64,000 bases of DNA. Source: Parasitella parasitica NRRL 2501. Taxonomy: Eukaryota; Fungi; Mucoromycota. Position 1 is the first letter of the stretch; every line of letters begins with the position of its first letter. Below, in pieces: positions 26,272 to 40,625 of the stretch. Location: positions 186,001 through 250,000 of the forward strand of contig MU619266.1 in NCBI GenBank assembly GCA_025201805.1. Reading direction: 5' to 3'. Made by a program: the position numbers and the translations under genes. The notes under the pieces were generated by a model. That model was not told the origin of the DNA and searched no databases. It saw nothing but the letters and a program-made list of their open reading frames with translations.

Positions 26272-27314
26272 ATGTTTAGAAAAGCTAAAAAATTGTCGAA
26301 AAGACTCGGCCTAAACAAAGACAGCTGCACCGCAGGAAGTGGATTTACAATGAACAACAACAAAGATGTGTCAAAAACCTACGTCTCAGATGAAAATCCA
26401 TCTGAAAAGCAACAAAGCCAACGCAAGCAACAGTCTCTTCCTTCTCCACAGTTTACATTGAACATTGATAGAGTCAGTACTCGTGGAAGCGCCGCCAATA
26501 GTGATCTGGTGGATGATGATTCTACAAGCTCAAAGAGCACGGAAAGCGAGGAGCTCAAACTATCGCCGCAAGCAAGACCCATCTTGGGTAAATGCCAAAC
26601 TGCGCCGAATGCTCAAAGCCTATACGACACATCTCCCAATTCATTACAGCGCCAACTTAGTATGATGGATACCGGTAATCTAGATCTTTTATTATCTATG
26701 GAAACCCAGGCGAGATTAGAAGACCAAGCAAAAAGAGAAAAAGAACAGCAGCAGCAGCAATTGCTGGAACATGATAATATGTTGGCTCCTCGTCCTACTC
26801 GGATCAAATTCGAGCTTCCTGTGACACCACCACGTTCTAGATCTCCAGCAAGGTTAACATATCCAAGAGCTAGGCCCGTCCGATCTTTACCTGATGAGGG
26901 GTTAACTGCAAATACTATGCGACATTCTTTCCCGTCGAGCAATCCCAAGACTCGAAGGGCAGGCTGGAGACATTTATTCAGCGACCGGGAGGAAGAAGAA
27001 GCGAAGCCAGCACCCATACCCATCACAATCGGCACGAGAGTTCGACTAAAGATGAGGCCATTGCCCACTTTTGGCTTTGTTCGATATATCGGCGCCGTTG
27101 GTTTTGGAAGAGGTGAATATATTGGCATTGAACTCGATCATGGAGGTAAAATTGCACCTTATTTCAATTTATGCTTATCGTGGCTAATATAGAATTTGTG
27201 TACTATGTAGTCGGTAACTCTGATGGTAGCGTCGATGGAACCCGATATTTTGAAACAGATCCTCATCGTGGTACATTTGCCAAACGACATGAACTAGACG
27301 CTGTGGCAGAATAA
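26272..27314 (+). CDS. CAP-Gly domain protein
   Basis: IGTRV...GFVRYIG...IGIELDHG|VGNSDGSVDGTRYF...GTF; intron ~27147-27210; stop at 27312-27314. Confidence 0.9.
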
Positions 27315-27483
27315 TTTGGTGTTGATTATACTGTATATACCCTCATCACTTTTTTTTTTATCATCTTTATAATAAAGAAAAAAAAAAGTATAGAATCCCA
27401 TTTAATTACTAATGAACTTTTTCGAAAATTTACATATTTCAACCGTTAGATATTTTACACTAAAACTATCATTATGAAATGTT

Positions 27484-28062
27484 TTACAGCATATTATGTT
27501 CGCCTTTGGAATGGGAAGGAGTGTCAGAGTCTTCTGCTGATGAAGACGATGTGAGCTGTGACGATGAGGAAGGTGAAGCAGGCGTTGGTAATCCTAATTG
27601 TTGGCGAAGTTGCTCGTTTTCCTGCTTCATCGTTTGGATGTAGTCAATAGCATATCGTAGCACTTTGGCACGATGGCATTTTTCACCTCCGCTCTTCTCT
27701 TTGGAGCTTCTTGGCACCAGATCAGATAGTTCATTTACAAGCGTATTCTATTAAATTTACATTAAAACCGCATACGCTACTACACAGGCATGTTCAAAAT
27801 ATCTTACCAAATTATCTCTTCGTCTTCTTTCAACTCGGTTATGAGTCTCTCGTCTTTGTTTTATACGACTCATGGCTGTGTCGCTATCAATACTAATTTT
27901 GTTTAGGATATTCACACCATGAACAACTAGTTTAGTAGGATGTTTCTCTAATTGGCTCAGTTTGCGCGCCATGGTATCTGGATTGTATATTTTAATGCGT
28001 TCCTGTAGCGGATAAGTCGCTCTGCGCTCTGAGATGGTCATTTTTGGTGGTTCGATAGCCAT
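27484..28062 (-). CDS. bHLH(-zipper) transcription factor
   Basis: RRETHNRVERRRRDNL|NTLVNELSDLVP...RAKVLRYAIDYIQTMKQENEQLRQQL; one intron. Confidence 0.92.
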
Positions 28063-29153
28063 GTTGATCGAGATAAAAATCAAAGGTAGAAAATAAAATA
28101 GTAGAAAAAGGAGAAAATGAATGTAATGATGAAGATCCTTATTTATAACAAAAGTGTCAGCGCTCTGAGTCTACCGTGGCAGAAAAGAATGAGGGGAACA
28201 TGTAAGCAAAATTGCCTCACAATTGCCTCATTAGGAGCCCCACTGTTTTGAGCCCTTTTTCCACTCCTAGAGCAAGCAAATGGCAAAATGAGCTTTTAAA
28301 TCTTTTGACTGGTCACCATCTTTTTTGTATATAGGATACTGTATCTTTAAATCTCTTTGACTATAAATCGTAACAGTTTGCTGCTAATTGACTCAAAGAA
28401 CAAGGTTTATGAACGTCATGAGATATGTTTATTGTCTCTAAATAACTCACTGTAACATATTCGATTAGTCCTTATTTGAGTATTGTATTCGTTGACCAAA
28501 AGTATCTCTCCGCTTCTACATTTCATCTGGGAAATATCAGAATTCTATTATATTCGCATCATAAAAATACCGTTCTTGACTTTAATGTCTTTACTTGTTG
28601 GAACAAAGCGTTCATCCTACCGTATAATATCCAGCGCTGCCCCCCCCCCCTTTTTTTTTTTTACGTACATGCTTGTTTATTTTGTTGAATTGTTATGCAT
28701 GCTGCCAATCATTCTCATTTAATTGTGCAAAGCATGCCAAGTATTATAGTTTTCGAAAAAAAAAAAAAAAAAAAAGGTATATAAAACCTTGTCTAGGTTT
28801 TTACGTCAATCGAATTTCACAAGAATTTACCTACTATCAGTGATAGATACTGCTATTTCCAGACCACATTCAAAAAACAGAGCTGTAGGCCCAGAAAGTA
28901 TCATTCAATATCCTAAACGTGTAAAAAGCACATGGTGTCTATATGGTACTACTTAGTTTGGTGGATAAGGAATGGATTTTGTAAGAGCCATTTTCTATAA
29001 ATTTTTGTAAACGATTTTCGATCTACCGTAAATCGATCACCATAGAGCAGCATTTCAATGTATACAAATCGAGACCTTTTTGAAACATTTATGAGTGCGA
29101 TATTACAGATGATAGAGGAGTAGATGCTTTTATTTACAATGCGCTGATATTTT

Positions 29154-30065
29154 TCATAATCGTGTTTCTTTCAAGTGAAATTCATTCATCACAGCTATCA
29201 AATCCTCAGTCGGTATGGAATTTACTGTTGCGATGCTCTATAAAGCCAGCTCATTCAGTTGATAATCATGATAGTTGCAAGTATGTAGATTACCTTTGTA
29301 AACTGATCAATAGACAAATCTATTTTCATCGCTTTGTCTTGTTTCTCTCTAATCCTCTTTCTGATTTCATTCATCAGTTTATAATTTTCTTCTGTAATCT
29401 AGATGCTATCATGTCAATGTTTCGCTGGTTGTACCCATGTGTTTACTCACATCATCCAGCATCTTTTGCAAACGTATCAATTCATTCTTCTGTGCTTTGT
29501 ACACAGTGCCTATTGACACTTGACTTGGTGTCAGTAGTAAATGTGTGCTCACTCGTTCTCTTTTTTCAGCGTCTGCTAGCATTCGATCCAACTTATTTTG
29601 TTTTTCGACTAGATTTGTCTCTTCAACGATTTGGCGTACGCCTTTCTATGAGAATTTGTTACGATTTGGACGTTCTTTGTGTCAAAAGTACCTTCAGATT
29701 GTGATCCATGTATGCTTCGCCCTGCACATAACATTCGTCAATAGCTTCCGTACTTTCTGGCATAACCGCCACAAACATTTTCTTCATATCAGGCAGACTA
29801 TTGTTATCCAAGCAAAGATTAGGGGCTTTGATTTCACACCCAAGTAATGCTCTGTACATACATTGCTGCTCTTACACTCCCACTTACATATTTACGCAGT
29901 AGAATCTTGAGTTTGTCTGCTGATTCTCCAGCTATGAGAGTTTCATGATCTTCTTCATTACTCATACGTGCGACTGACCGTTTCAATGATAACAAAGAAA
30001 CCCAAGAAAGGGAGTGCATAGTGACGTGAAGGTCCATTGCGGTTGATATATCATCCACCCCTCAT
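29154..30065 (-). CDS. Multi-exon coiled-coil hypothetical protein
   Basis: Short ORF pieces are bounded by GT-AG sites, from MRVDDISTAM to ...EFHLKETRL*; no recognisable family. Confidence 0.5.
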
Positions 30066-30217
30066 TCTCTTTGCAAGTGACATCACCCTATATGTATTTT
30101 GAGAAATCCCCAGCTTTTCTTGTTTTGTTTCTTCAACCTTTCAAAAAGGTAATTGTAATTTGTTCTTGATTCGATCGATTAAATTCACATATACTTTGAT
30201 AGTCCTTATATTAAATC

Positions 30218-30926
30218 ATGTCTTGGAACTCTAAAACTTGGTCTTGGGTCAAGAAATACTTTTCTGTCGTAAGAAAATTACAATGTTACGAAATGCTAAA
30301 TACACATCATTGACTTTTTTTTTTTTTTCCCAATAGAACCCTTTATCAACTGATGGTATGCCTGTTGTAGGGAAATTCCGTACACCTGCCCCAGCGTAAG
30401 GCATTTACTCATTGAATGTATCATAAAGTGCTAATTTGATCTGCTGCAGCTCTCGCCCTGAAAAGTACACCTATCCTAAGTCATCTGCTTCCAAGATTCA
30501 CGACAATTACTACTTCAATCGTGACACTCGCAGAAACTTCCCTAGACTTGCTGTATACACTCAACAAGATGTTGCTCTTCTTCTTGATGGTGCTGCCGTT
30601 AAACCAAGGTTCGATCTCATTTCCTCCCTTAATGCTTGTATACGATATTAACCCTTCATTAGCCTCTCTGCCAAAGATGCTTCTGAACAAGTTGTTGCAC
30701 AGAATGCCGAAACCAAGCCTCTCGCTGACATCCTGAACTCTCAGAAGCTTTATTCCAAAGACAAGTTTGCTCCTGCCCCTAGATTTGGCCGCCAAGTCAA
30801 CTGGAAGATCTCTGATGATTTCATCCCTCCTAATGACGGTAAGAGTTGATGGATAATTTGATGAGATGGATATACTAATATTTTTATACAGGCTCATACT
30901 TCCCTATGATAGTCATTACCGACTAA
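30218..30926 (+). CDS. Mitochondrial complex I accessory subunit NDUFA7/NUZM (21.3 kDa-type)
   Basis: Spliced MSWNSKTWSWVKKYFSV|NPLSTDGMP..FRTPAP|ASRPE...IHDNYYFNRDTRRNFPRLAVYTQQDV, resembling the NUZM motif NPYxxRDxRRxYPRL. Confidence 0.8.
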
Positions 30927-31537
30927 ATTATTATACAACTATACACTGATACATCTACATATATAAAAAAAAAGAGGAAATAAATCCGATACTATCGACA
31001 AAAAATAACATTCACAACAGCCTGCAATTGATTGATGGGCGTTGGTAAGTGTAAGAATCAAAGATTGGGAGGGAATTATAATCGATATCTTTGTACTATC
31101 AAAGTGATATTCTCGATGATTTTGTATTTACGGTGGGAAACGACTTTTCTTTTTTCTTTTTGAGAATCCACTCTTGGGATATTTATACGGTATATTTCGT
31201 TCTTGACATGATATACATTAAATGATGCCTGGATAGATTTTGGATCATCCTTGGTTAAGGATGAAGAGGGGAAAATGTCAAGTACGAAATAACAATTGGA
31301 AGTCTACGCCATTGAGATTTAGTTTAATCAATTAATTCAGTAATCAACATCTTAAATACTTCCATTATGCACATTAAACATTCATCTGTTTGATGAATGA
31401 CGGCCTTTTACAAAAGCAGAAATTTTTGAGAGAGGGGGGCAAAAAAAAAAAAATCATCACCCACCCGAATTTTAACGAAAGAGGGGCAAAGAATTATAAA
31501 TCAACTTTTTTCTTCTACGCATTTCTTATAAATTGTC

Positions 31538-32740
31538 ATGAGCGAAACAATCGCTGCATCGAGCAGAGGCAAATCTGAAGCCAATTACGTAGAGAGACAA
31601 GCGCAAATGTCAGCAGCAACAAGCTCAATCACTGGATCATCCTCGTTTGAAAAGATCGTTTCGGCCTGCACGGGTGCTGTTATAACAATGTCATTTAGTA
31701 AGTAGTCCAAAGCTGAATGTCTATAGAAAGCATTCATTGATATCTGGGTTTAGTGAATCCACTGGACGTTGTAAAAACTCGTCTTCAAGAGACGTCGAAA
31801 AGTGGAACCAGACAGTATACCGGAACAATTGTTAGTATTACAAAATGAGTCATATTTATACATCAACACTAAAAGAGGTGAAACAGGATGCACTTTCAAA
31901 GATATTCAGAAACGAAGGAACTTTTGCTTTATGGAGAGGATTGACGCCTGGTTTAGCAATGGCATTACCATCGACAGCCATCTACTTTGTGGGGTACGAT
32001 TACATACGAGATCACACTAGAAATTCGCAATTTGCCAATACTGCGCTAGACAATTACTCGCCGTTGTGGGCAGGTGGACTAGCTAGAAGTGAGTATTTGA
32101 GTTGATTGAATGCTATGCAGGTTTACTGATGCTATTTATGCTATAGCTATGGCAGCTTTAGTAGTATCACCACTCGAACTCTTTCGAACTCGCATGCAGT
32201 CAGCCGAGGGTATAAATGGGTTTTCAGGTAATTTGTGTATGATCCTTTGATACACTCAATCGCTGATCGTGTCAACATCATACAGACGTTTGGAGGGGAG
32301 TGACAAGAATGGTTCAGAGGGAAGGGCCGCAGGCCCTGTGGCGAGGACTTTTGCCTACAATGTTGAGAGATGTGCCGTTTTCAGCAATTTACTGGATGGG
32401 ATATGAAAAGATTAAACACAGATTGCAAACGCACCATGGATTATCACACTTTCAGACATCGTTTATTGCAGGTGCATCATCAGGCATGTTTGCAGCTGTT
32501 TTGACGACGCCATTTGACGTTGTCAAGACACAACGACAAGTCAGCTCAGATGCAGAAGAAGCAAGACTGGGGCGTATTTTAAGAAATATACTACAGAAGG
32601 ATGGCACATCTGGGTATTTTAGAGGCGTTGTGCCTCGAGTTGCAAAAGTCGCACCAGCATGTGCAATCATGATATCCAGCTACGAAATGGGGAAGCATTT
32701 CTTTGCTAATCGTAAATCACAACAACGCACGCTTGCGTAA
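31538..32740 (+). CDS. Mitochondrial carrier, Mtm1/SLC25A39-40-like
   Basis: Three PxD/ExxK/R signatures (PLDVVKTR, PLELFRTR, PFDVVKTQ), RDVPFSAIYW and KVAPACAIMISSYE. Confidence 0.92.
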
Positions 32741-32827
32741 AATTGTATATATATATAGAGAATTATCCTTATTTCCTTTTGTTTATTCGTAAATTTATAA
32801 ATAGATGTAATCTTCGACTTATGACTT

Positions 32828-33575
32828 TTAGCTTTTGTTCTTTTTCTTCGATCCTACATACACAGATGTTTATTAGCTGAAAATCACATTTACAAACATG
32901 AGGAAACTCACTTGAATGATTGCTGAATGCATCTTTTCTCTTGGTGTTTCCTTCATCTTTTTCGTCCTCATCCGATGAAATAGACACAACTTCTTCTAAT
33001 TTTCTCTTTTTCTCTTGGGTTGCTTTGTCGCTTTCAGCTTTTCCTTCATTGATGGCACTCTTAATGAATCTAGCAGCTGCATCTTTATCCACTCGCATTG
33101 TTGCTATATGATAAAATACATGTCAATCTCAGCATTCAGGCATAGGATTTATATGGTCTTACGTTTAGCTTCTTTTCCTTGGGCCTTTTTCAGTTTTTGA
33201 ATATATTGTTGAACACGGATCTGAATGCATGCATCTTGGTTGGTGGGCTCAACTTTCAATGTGTCTATAGACTTACCAATTCACTCATCACTTCATGTTT
33301 CTGAGGATCTGAACCCTGTGTCTTTAGATAAACTATATACACTGTTAAAAAATGAATCATTAGGCTATGAAAAGGTGCTGCTTACTGTAATATAGAGTAT
33401 TCAAACTATACGATAGTAGCACTTCTAGTTCGTAACGCTGATTAACGGGCAATTTACTATATACATCACTAATGGGCCTAGATAGCATGGGTTCTAGATG
33501 CTTCTTTACAACCTGAAGACGTGCTTTCAAGGCACGCACAGCCTTCTTGGGGATGTCTATCGAGGGTGCTTCCAT
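32828..33575 (-). CDS. C1D/Rrp47 (Sas10/Utp3/C1D) exosome cofactor
   Basis: LSYSLNTLYY|IYLKTQGSDPQKHEVMSEL|IRVQQYIQKLK...RVDKDAAARFIKSA. Confidence 0.88.
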
Positions 33576-34462
33576 GTTTAACTAGTCGAGAACTTGGTAA
33601 TGCAATACAGAATCAAAATATTTTTTCCATCTTTGATAGAGGCAAAGGAGTCACAGTAGATCCATTAGTTGAATCAAAGAAGCACAAAAGTAAACACCAA
33701 TGGAGCTGCTTGGTCAGACACATGATAAAAGAATTCCTCCAACATCTCTGTTAATTTCCTGTACCTTCTACTGACTTGCGGCTATAGTTATTTGAATGAG
33801 GTCTGTCTAGACATAGAGTCGAAAATGCAAGAGTGAAAAGAGATTCATTTTTCTTTCGCATCATGCAACTCAATCAAAACAGTTTTGTTTTTGTTTTTTC
33901 TTTTGGACTCTCGATCAAGTGTTTTAGAAAATATCGATAAAAAGTGCAGGCCTGTCGCTAACGTTAAACTCACAGAGATTGCTGGAGGTTGTGTCACTCT
34001 TTGGTACTGTTAGTCCCTCCTCTAGAATCGTTCGAGTGAACCGCTGAATTTGATCCTGTGTGTACTTTTTATACATCACAAGTAACTTTCTAGATTATCT
34101 CCTCCACTTCAGATGACTGAAGCTTAGCAATGGGATTTTAGTCTATGCTGTCCAACATCTGGATTTCTCCATACTGAATACGCTTTTGAAATCCTTTCCA
34201 TCAAAGTTTTCATCATCTTCTAAAAAAAATAAAAATAAAAGGCTTCTCAAATGTGTTGCAGTGAGTAAAATACATTGCACGAAAAAACGAATTTATCCTT
34301 ATTAAAATGTATGAAAATTCCATTTGCAATGGATTGTTTGAAACAGGTGTATGTAGATTCAAGAAGGGCAATCAGAATACTATATAAATACAGCGCAGTT
34401 TCTATTGAACGATTTGCACGCTTTTCTTCCCTGTACACACAACTCTTGAGAGCTATTCAAAC

Positions 34463-36243
34463 ATGGATCGAACCGACAATGATTCAAAATGGGAATTTGA
34501 TATGCCTCAATTCTGGGATTTTACAGACTCCATTCCTCAAAAGAGGCCAGATGAACGATGGTTTTGTATGTATGATCTGTTTTGATTGAATCTACTGCTT
34601 CTAAAGCTTTCAATACAGGCCAAGCAAACATCTCAGGTCCCTCCTTTCCTGAACGTAAAAAGAGAAGAGCCCTTCGAGTTCATAAAAAGCCTGCTGCTGA
34701 GTCGCAGATGGCAGCTGAAAAACCCCCTGTGTCTGAAAAGCCAACGAGCAATGTATTCGACCGATTGTCAAGACTGAGCACAATATCATTTGCTAACAAG
34801 ACACAACACAGCTCTAATGAAAAAGAAAAAAGACCGTTAAAGCAGCACGTCTTTCCACCAAAATCGCAACAACACACTGCTTATGTATCGACGCAAGAAC
34901 ACGAACAATACCAATTAGATGAGGATATGCTCAAAGAATCCGTTGCTGAAAGAATTTCTCGCATTGAAAAGGATATATTCTCAAAGAAAGACATTCCGCT
35001 CAAAAGAAAGATCAGCAGCTCTGCGCCACTTCAGCAAAAGAAAATGCAAAAAACCATTAGCGTCCAGCATGGTACAGAACACACATATCTCCATCGTCCG
35101 CCATCGCCAACTGGAGAATCAAGCTCTATCTCTGCAAAACTACATTCAGGATACCCTTCTACAGAAGAAAGACCTTCTCAACCCATAAAGGAACAGCCAT
35201 CATTGCCTGTATCAAATCGCATATCATTACTAAACGAACTGCAGAATTCACGCTGGCCATCACCAACCCAGTCTAAACAGGCACTTGAATCACCAGCAGC
35301 AGAAGAGCGAGAAGATGAAATACCTTACCAAATTCCATTAGATCTCATACCAGTTGTATCTACACGCAGATCATTATATGCCGAATTGGAAGATTCTCAG
35401 CGACAGTCGCCTAGTTATCAATCCAAAGAAATGCACTTGTCACCCTATCACCATCCTCAACCTCCACCTGTGTCCTCTATCGCTGAGGCTCAAGAAAATA
35501 AGGAAAATGAGGATACATCTACACATGATTTCTTCAACGACCTGTTGAAGTCCAAGCAGCAAAGAAATGATCTACAAAAAGAAACTACTAGCAACTTCTT
35601 TACCGATCTTTTGACATCTAACAAACAACGTTACCAAAATCGTCCTCTTCGCTCCTCTGTAAATGAAAATCGAGATAAAAAGGAGGCTACTCATGAAGAG
35701 GAAAAGGAAGCTACTACCCAGGATTTCTTTGACAATCTTTTGGTATCCACCAAACAGAGAAACAACAATCGTGCTCCACTATCCCCAATAAATGACGAGC
35801 AAACTACTACGAATAACTTGTTAAGCAATTCCCAGGAGACCAACCAAGAAGGAAATGAAAGCCATCGTTATGAATCCTCTCTTATTCCAGATGAAATCCA
35901 ACAACAAAATGCAGAGAGGCAAGCTGTGCCATCCCGCCTTACTCAAGTTGATAGTCAAGCCAATCCAGCACGGCCAACTCAAACTCATAGAGAAACACTA
36001 CTAGCAATTCCACCTGGTGGTATCCCGTCTACTTCAATTCAAGTTTATAGAGATGAGCCAGCAACAATGCAAATTAGAAAAAATTATTACAGTTTAGATG
36101 ACCCGCACTTGGTTGATGAAACGGTTCAAAGAGCTAGAAAGTTGCTCAAAGCCTCGAGAGAGCGAACTCAAAAATGGTTGAAGGAATTGTCTGTGAACCA
36201 ACCTTTGAGAGCGTCCCAAAACATCGAAAAATTGAAAAAATAA
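34463..36243 (+). CDS. Disordered protein with an N-terminal TPX2-like Aurora-binding motif
   Basis: Exon 1 (34463-34565) MDRTDNDSKWEFDMPQFWDFTDSIPQKRPDERWF spliced in phase 1 (intron 34566-34618) to a long S/P/Q/E-rich ORF containing NVFDRLSR and three 'FFxDLLxS' repeats. Confidence 0.7.
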
Positions 36244-37157
36244 ACAAATTACATAGGTTTTTTTTCTTTTTTTCTTTTTTTCTTTTTCCAAAGGTATGTT
36301 TGCGCAAAGTGGTTGGTTTCGGCGAACAAAGACTTTGATTTTTTGACAAAACGCATTCCGTATAACGCTGTGTTGCATTAATTGATCCCCTTTGATTGAA
36401 GAAGCAGAAAAACATCGGTTTAAGGTCCGACAGACGATATGAACGAAAAATGGGGGGGGGGGTTTTAGGTCATTTCGTTAGATTATTGTAAAATACACCA
36501 TCTAAACATGCTTTGAACATTAGTTAAACTTTATAGAGCGAGCGATTCTGAATCCAAAAGTATATCGCACTATGTATATAGGCACTAAAAATTTGATTTA
36601 ATTCACGAAATTCCAAAAATCAAATATTTGATTGAAAGTCAATTCTATACATCAACAAAAGCTCATCTAATTACCTAATGTGATTTTTTAGACATTTCTG
36701 ATTACTTTTCACCACTATATATCATAACAAAAATCTTTGTTTCCAAGCTCAAATAATCGAATATCGAAAAATCGACAAATTTTCCTACTACCCTCTCGTG
36801 AAAAAAAAAAAGAGCAGTTGCAGAAACCAAGTACGGGGTTATGAGAAATGTCTCTACATGGTCCTGCGCTCACAAAATGCTAAAAAAAACCTTGTGAATA
36901 GTCCTCTTGGAAACACAGATTTTAGTGCCAACTTTTAGTTTCAAAGAATACTTTAGCATCTAATTGCTAAAAGGTATTGGTTGTGGTTGAATACTACTCC
37001 CGTAGCATAGTAGTACTCTATCCTGTATGGGCAAATCAATGCAAGAAGAGGTTAAACAAGATGACCGCTTTTCATTATCACTAACGCCACTCAAAATTTG
37101 ATTGAAAAATTAGAAATCTCCAAAACACATTCTCGCTACACTCAATACATCACAAAG

Positions 37158-40100
37158 ATGGTCAAGAAGGTAGTCGACTCTCGTGTGCATACACTCATCA
37201 AAAACTGTGTCCAAACCAAGCACAGATCTTTCTTTGTTGTTGTTGGTGACAGGGGAAAAGATCAGGTAACCACTCGAATGGGTTATTTTTGTCGACCCAA
37301 ATCTAATGAATGATTTTTGATCTAGATTGTCAACCTTCATTGGCTTTTATCGCAAGCCCAAGTTACTTCTCGTCCATCTGTTTTATGGTGCTATAAAAAG
37401 GAGCTTGGTTTTACAAGGTAAGCAATTGAATTCACCATCCATGGAGCTCTGCTTGTGGGTTTTTTTTCTCTCTCTCTCTCTTTCTTTTCTGACAAGCTTA
37501 TTATAGCCATCGCAAGAAGCGTGAAAACAAAATAAAAAATGACATCAAACGAGGTGTAAGAGATGTCAACAAAGAGGATCCGTTTGAACTGTTCATCACT
37601 GTGACAAATATTCGTTACGCTTACTACAAGGAAACCCAAAATATTCTCGGTAATACGTATGGCATGTGCGTTTTGCAGGATTTTGAGGCCATCACACCCA
37701 ACACTTTAGCTCGTACTATCGAAACCGTCGAAGGGGGAGGTATGGTTGTACTCTTATTGAAGAGTATGAACTCTCTTAAACAACTCTATACCATGACCAT
37801 GGTAAGTTTTCATACTATAGACAAGCTTTTTTTTTTTTTTTAATGCTGATGTTTGAATTGTGTGTGTGTGTGTGTGTTTTTTTGTACAGGATGTCCATTC
37901 CAGATACAGAACTGAAGCGCATAGTGATATCATTGCACGTTTCAATGAACGTTTCATACTGTCGCTCGGATCATGCGAGACATGTTTAGTTGTAGATGAT
38001 GAATTGAATGTGCTGCCTATCAGTGCAGGAAAAAACGTGAAGCCCTTGGCCATCAAGCAATCTGACGAGAAATCTGCCGAAGAAATCGAGCTTGCAGAGT
38101 TAAAGGATTCATTAACTGACACCGAGCCTGTCGGATCCCTTGTCAAATGTACTCGCACAATCGATCAGGCCAAGGCCGTCTTGACGTTCATCGAGGCCAT
38201 ATCCGAAAAATCCCTCCGTAGTACCGTTACATTGACAGCTTCTCGTGGTCGCGGTAAATCTGCTGCACTCGGTATTGCTATGGCATCTGCAGTTGCCTAT
38301 GGCTATTCCAACATTTTTGTTACCTCCCCCAGCCCAGAGAATTTGAAGACTCTGTTTGAGTTTGTGTTCAAGACTTTCGATGCCCTTGGCTACGAAGAGC
38401 ATTTGGATTATGATATTGTTCAGTCCACCAACCCTGAATTCAATAAGGCTATTGTTCGTGTGAATATCTTTAAGCAACATCGCCAAACTATTCAGTATAT
38501 CCAGCCCCAAGACGCCCATGTGCTTGGTCAGGCTGAACTGGTCGTTATCGATGAAGCTGCTGCTATTCCTTTACCTTTGGTTCGCAAACTGCTGGGCCCT
38601 TATCTTGTCTTTATGGCCTCCACCATTAACGGTTACGAAGGCACAGGTCGTTCGCTTTCTCTTAAACTGATTCAGCAATTGCGTGAGCAATCTCGTGGAT
38701 TTGTTGGTAAGAATAGCAATGGCGATGCTGAGGGAGTCGTCGTAAATCGTGATCCCCAAGCCAAGAAGGTGGAGGGCACTGATGCCTCTCTGAGCGGGCG
38801 AACACTGAAGGAAGTCAAGCTCGAAGAACCCATTCGTTATGCTCCTAATGATCCTGTTGAAAAGTGGTTAAACAAGGTGCTCTGTCTAGATGCCACTGTT
38901 GTCTCCAAGAACATTCAAGGCTGTCCTCACCCTTCAGAATGCGAGCTCTACTATGTCAACCGCGATACACTCTTTTCTTACCATCCTGTTTCCGAGACAT
39001 TCTTGCAGCGTATGATGTCTCTTTACGTTGCTAGTCATTATAAGAACTCGCCCAATGATCTGCAGCTGATGAGTGATGCTCCTGCTCACCACTTGTTTGT
39101 TTTGCTTCCTCCCGTGGGCGCCAATACCAGCAGTTTGCCCGATCCTTTGGTTGTTGTGCAGGTGTGTCTTGAAGGTGAAATCTCTCGCCAGAGCGTTGTC
39201 AACTCCCTCGCTCGTGGCCAGCGTCCCTCTGGTGATATGATCCCCTGGCTCATCTCTCAGCAGTATCAGGATGACGATTTTGCTAGTCTTTCTGGTGCGC
39301 GTGTTGTCCGTATTGCTACACATCCTGATTACGCCAAGATGGGTTACGGTTCTAGAGCGCTTGAACTGTTGACCGATTTCTATCAAGGAAAATCAAACGA
39401 CCTAAGTGAAAGCAACAGCCCTGACGATGAGTCCCTTCCTCATGTCGAGGACTATGAGTTTGATAAAGTCGACATCAAGACGGATCAAGTCAATGTGCGT
39501 GATCCTCGCAAGATGCCTCCTTTGCTTACCAAGTTGAGCGAAAAACGTGCACAGCGCCTTGACTACGTTGGTGTCTCGTATGGTCTTACCCCTGCTCTTC
39601 ACAAGTTTTGGAAGCGTGCTGGCTTTGTTCCTCTGTATATGCGCCAAACTGCTAACGACCTTACTGGCGAGCATACGTGTGTGATGATTAAGGCCCTGAC
39701 AGACACTGAAGATTCCCGCGTTGCTAATGCGGCCTGGCTCGATGCTTTTGCTCGCGATTTCTGTAAGCGTTTCCTTAACCTCCTGTCTTATAGTTTCCGT
39801 GAGTTCACCGCTGTCAATGCTCTTAGCATCATTGATGCAGCCAAGAATGGTCAAGATAGCCAGGGAGAGGGTGGCCGCGATCTCAACAAGAACTCGCTTA
39901 GCCTCTTCTTTACACCTTACGACTTGAAACGTCTGGACTCTTACTCTAACAACATGCTTGATTACCATGTTATCATTGATATGATTCCTACTATTGCAGA
40001 GCTCTACTTTAGAGGTGAGATGCCAGCCGATATCAAGCTTTCTGGTGTGCAGAGTGCTATTTTGCTCGGCGTTGGCCTTCAACGTAAATCCATTGATCAG

Positions 40101-40625
40101 CTTCAGAGCGAACTCTCTTTGGCTGGCAATCAAGTGCTTGCTCTCTTTGTCAAGATCATCAGAAAAATGTCCCAGTACTTTGCCAAGGTGGAGGCCAAGG
40201 CTCACGAGGAGGAGAAGCCAGTGGCGTCTGCTCCCAGCGCCGAAACGAGCCAAGAAGCTACCGGCAAGCGCGATGCCACTGATGACGATGCATGGAGACC
40301 TTTGAAGGAAAACATTGAGGCTGACTTGGAGAAAGCCGGCGATGAGGTAATGGACGAGCTGAAGGCCAAGCAAAGGGAACTCATTGATTCTCTTGATTTA
40401 ACCAAATACGCAATTGGCGGCAAAGAGGAAGACTGGACTTCTGCAGAAGATAGAGTCAAAGCACTTGCGTCAGGCAAGAATGGTGCTTTAAGTTCTGTTG
40501 TGAGTATCAAGAATGAGAATTCGTCAAAAAAGAGAAAGACCGAAAGCGCAAAGCAAATGTCTGAAAAAGAAAAGAACCGTAGTAATGGCAAGATGAAGCT
40601 GTCAAAAAAGGCCAAGCGTTCATAG
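37158..40625 (+). CDS. KRE33: RNA cytidine acetyltransferase Kre33/NAT10
   Basis: HRSFFVVVGD, LQDFEAITPN, TASRGRGKSAALG, VIDEAAAIP, SHYKNSPNDLQ and RVVRIATHP...GYGSRA. Confidence 0.98.

Noticed and set aside
36480-36810. Sequence resembling a MITE-like internal fragment
   Set aside because: No TIR pair or TSD found by eye.
39402-40373. 323-aa antisense ORF within KRE33
   Set aside because: Shadow ORF caused by the codon bias of a conserved gene; no motifs.
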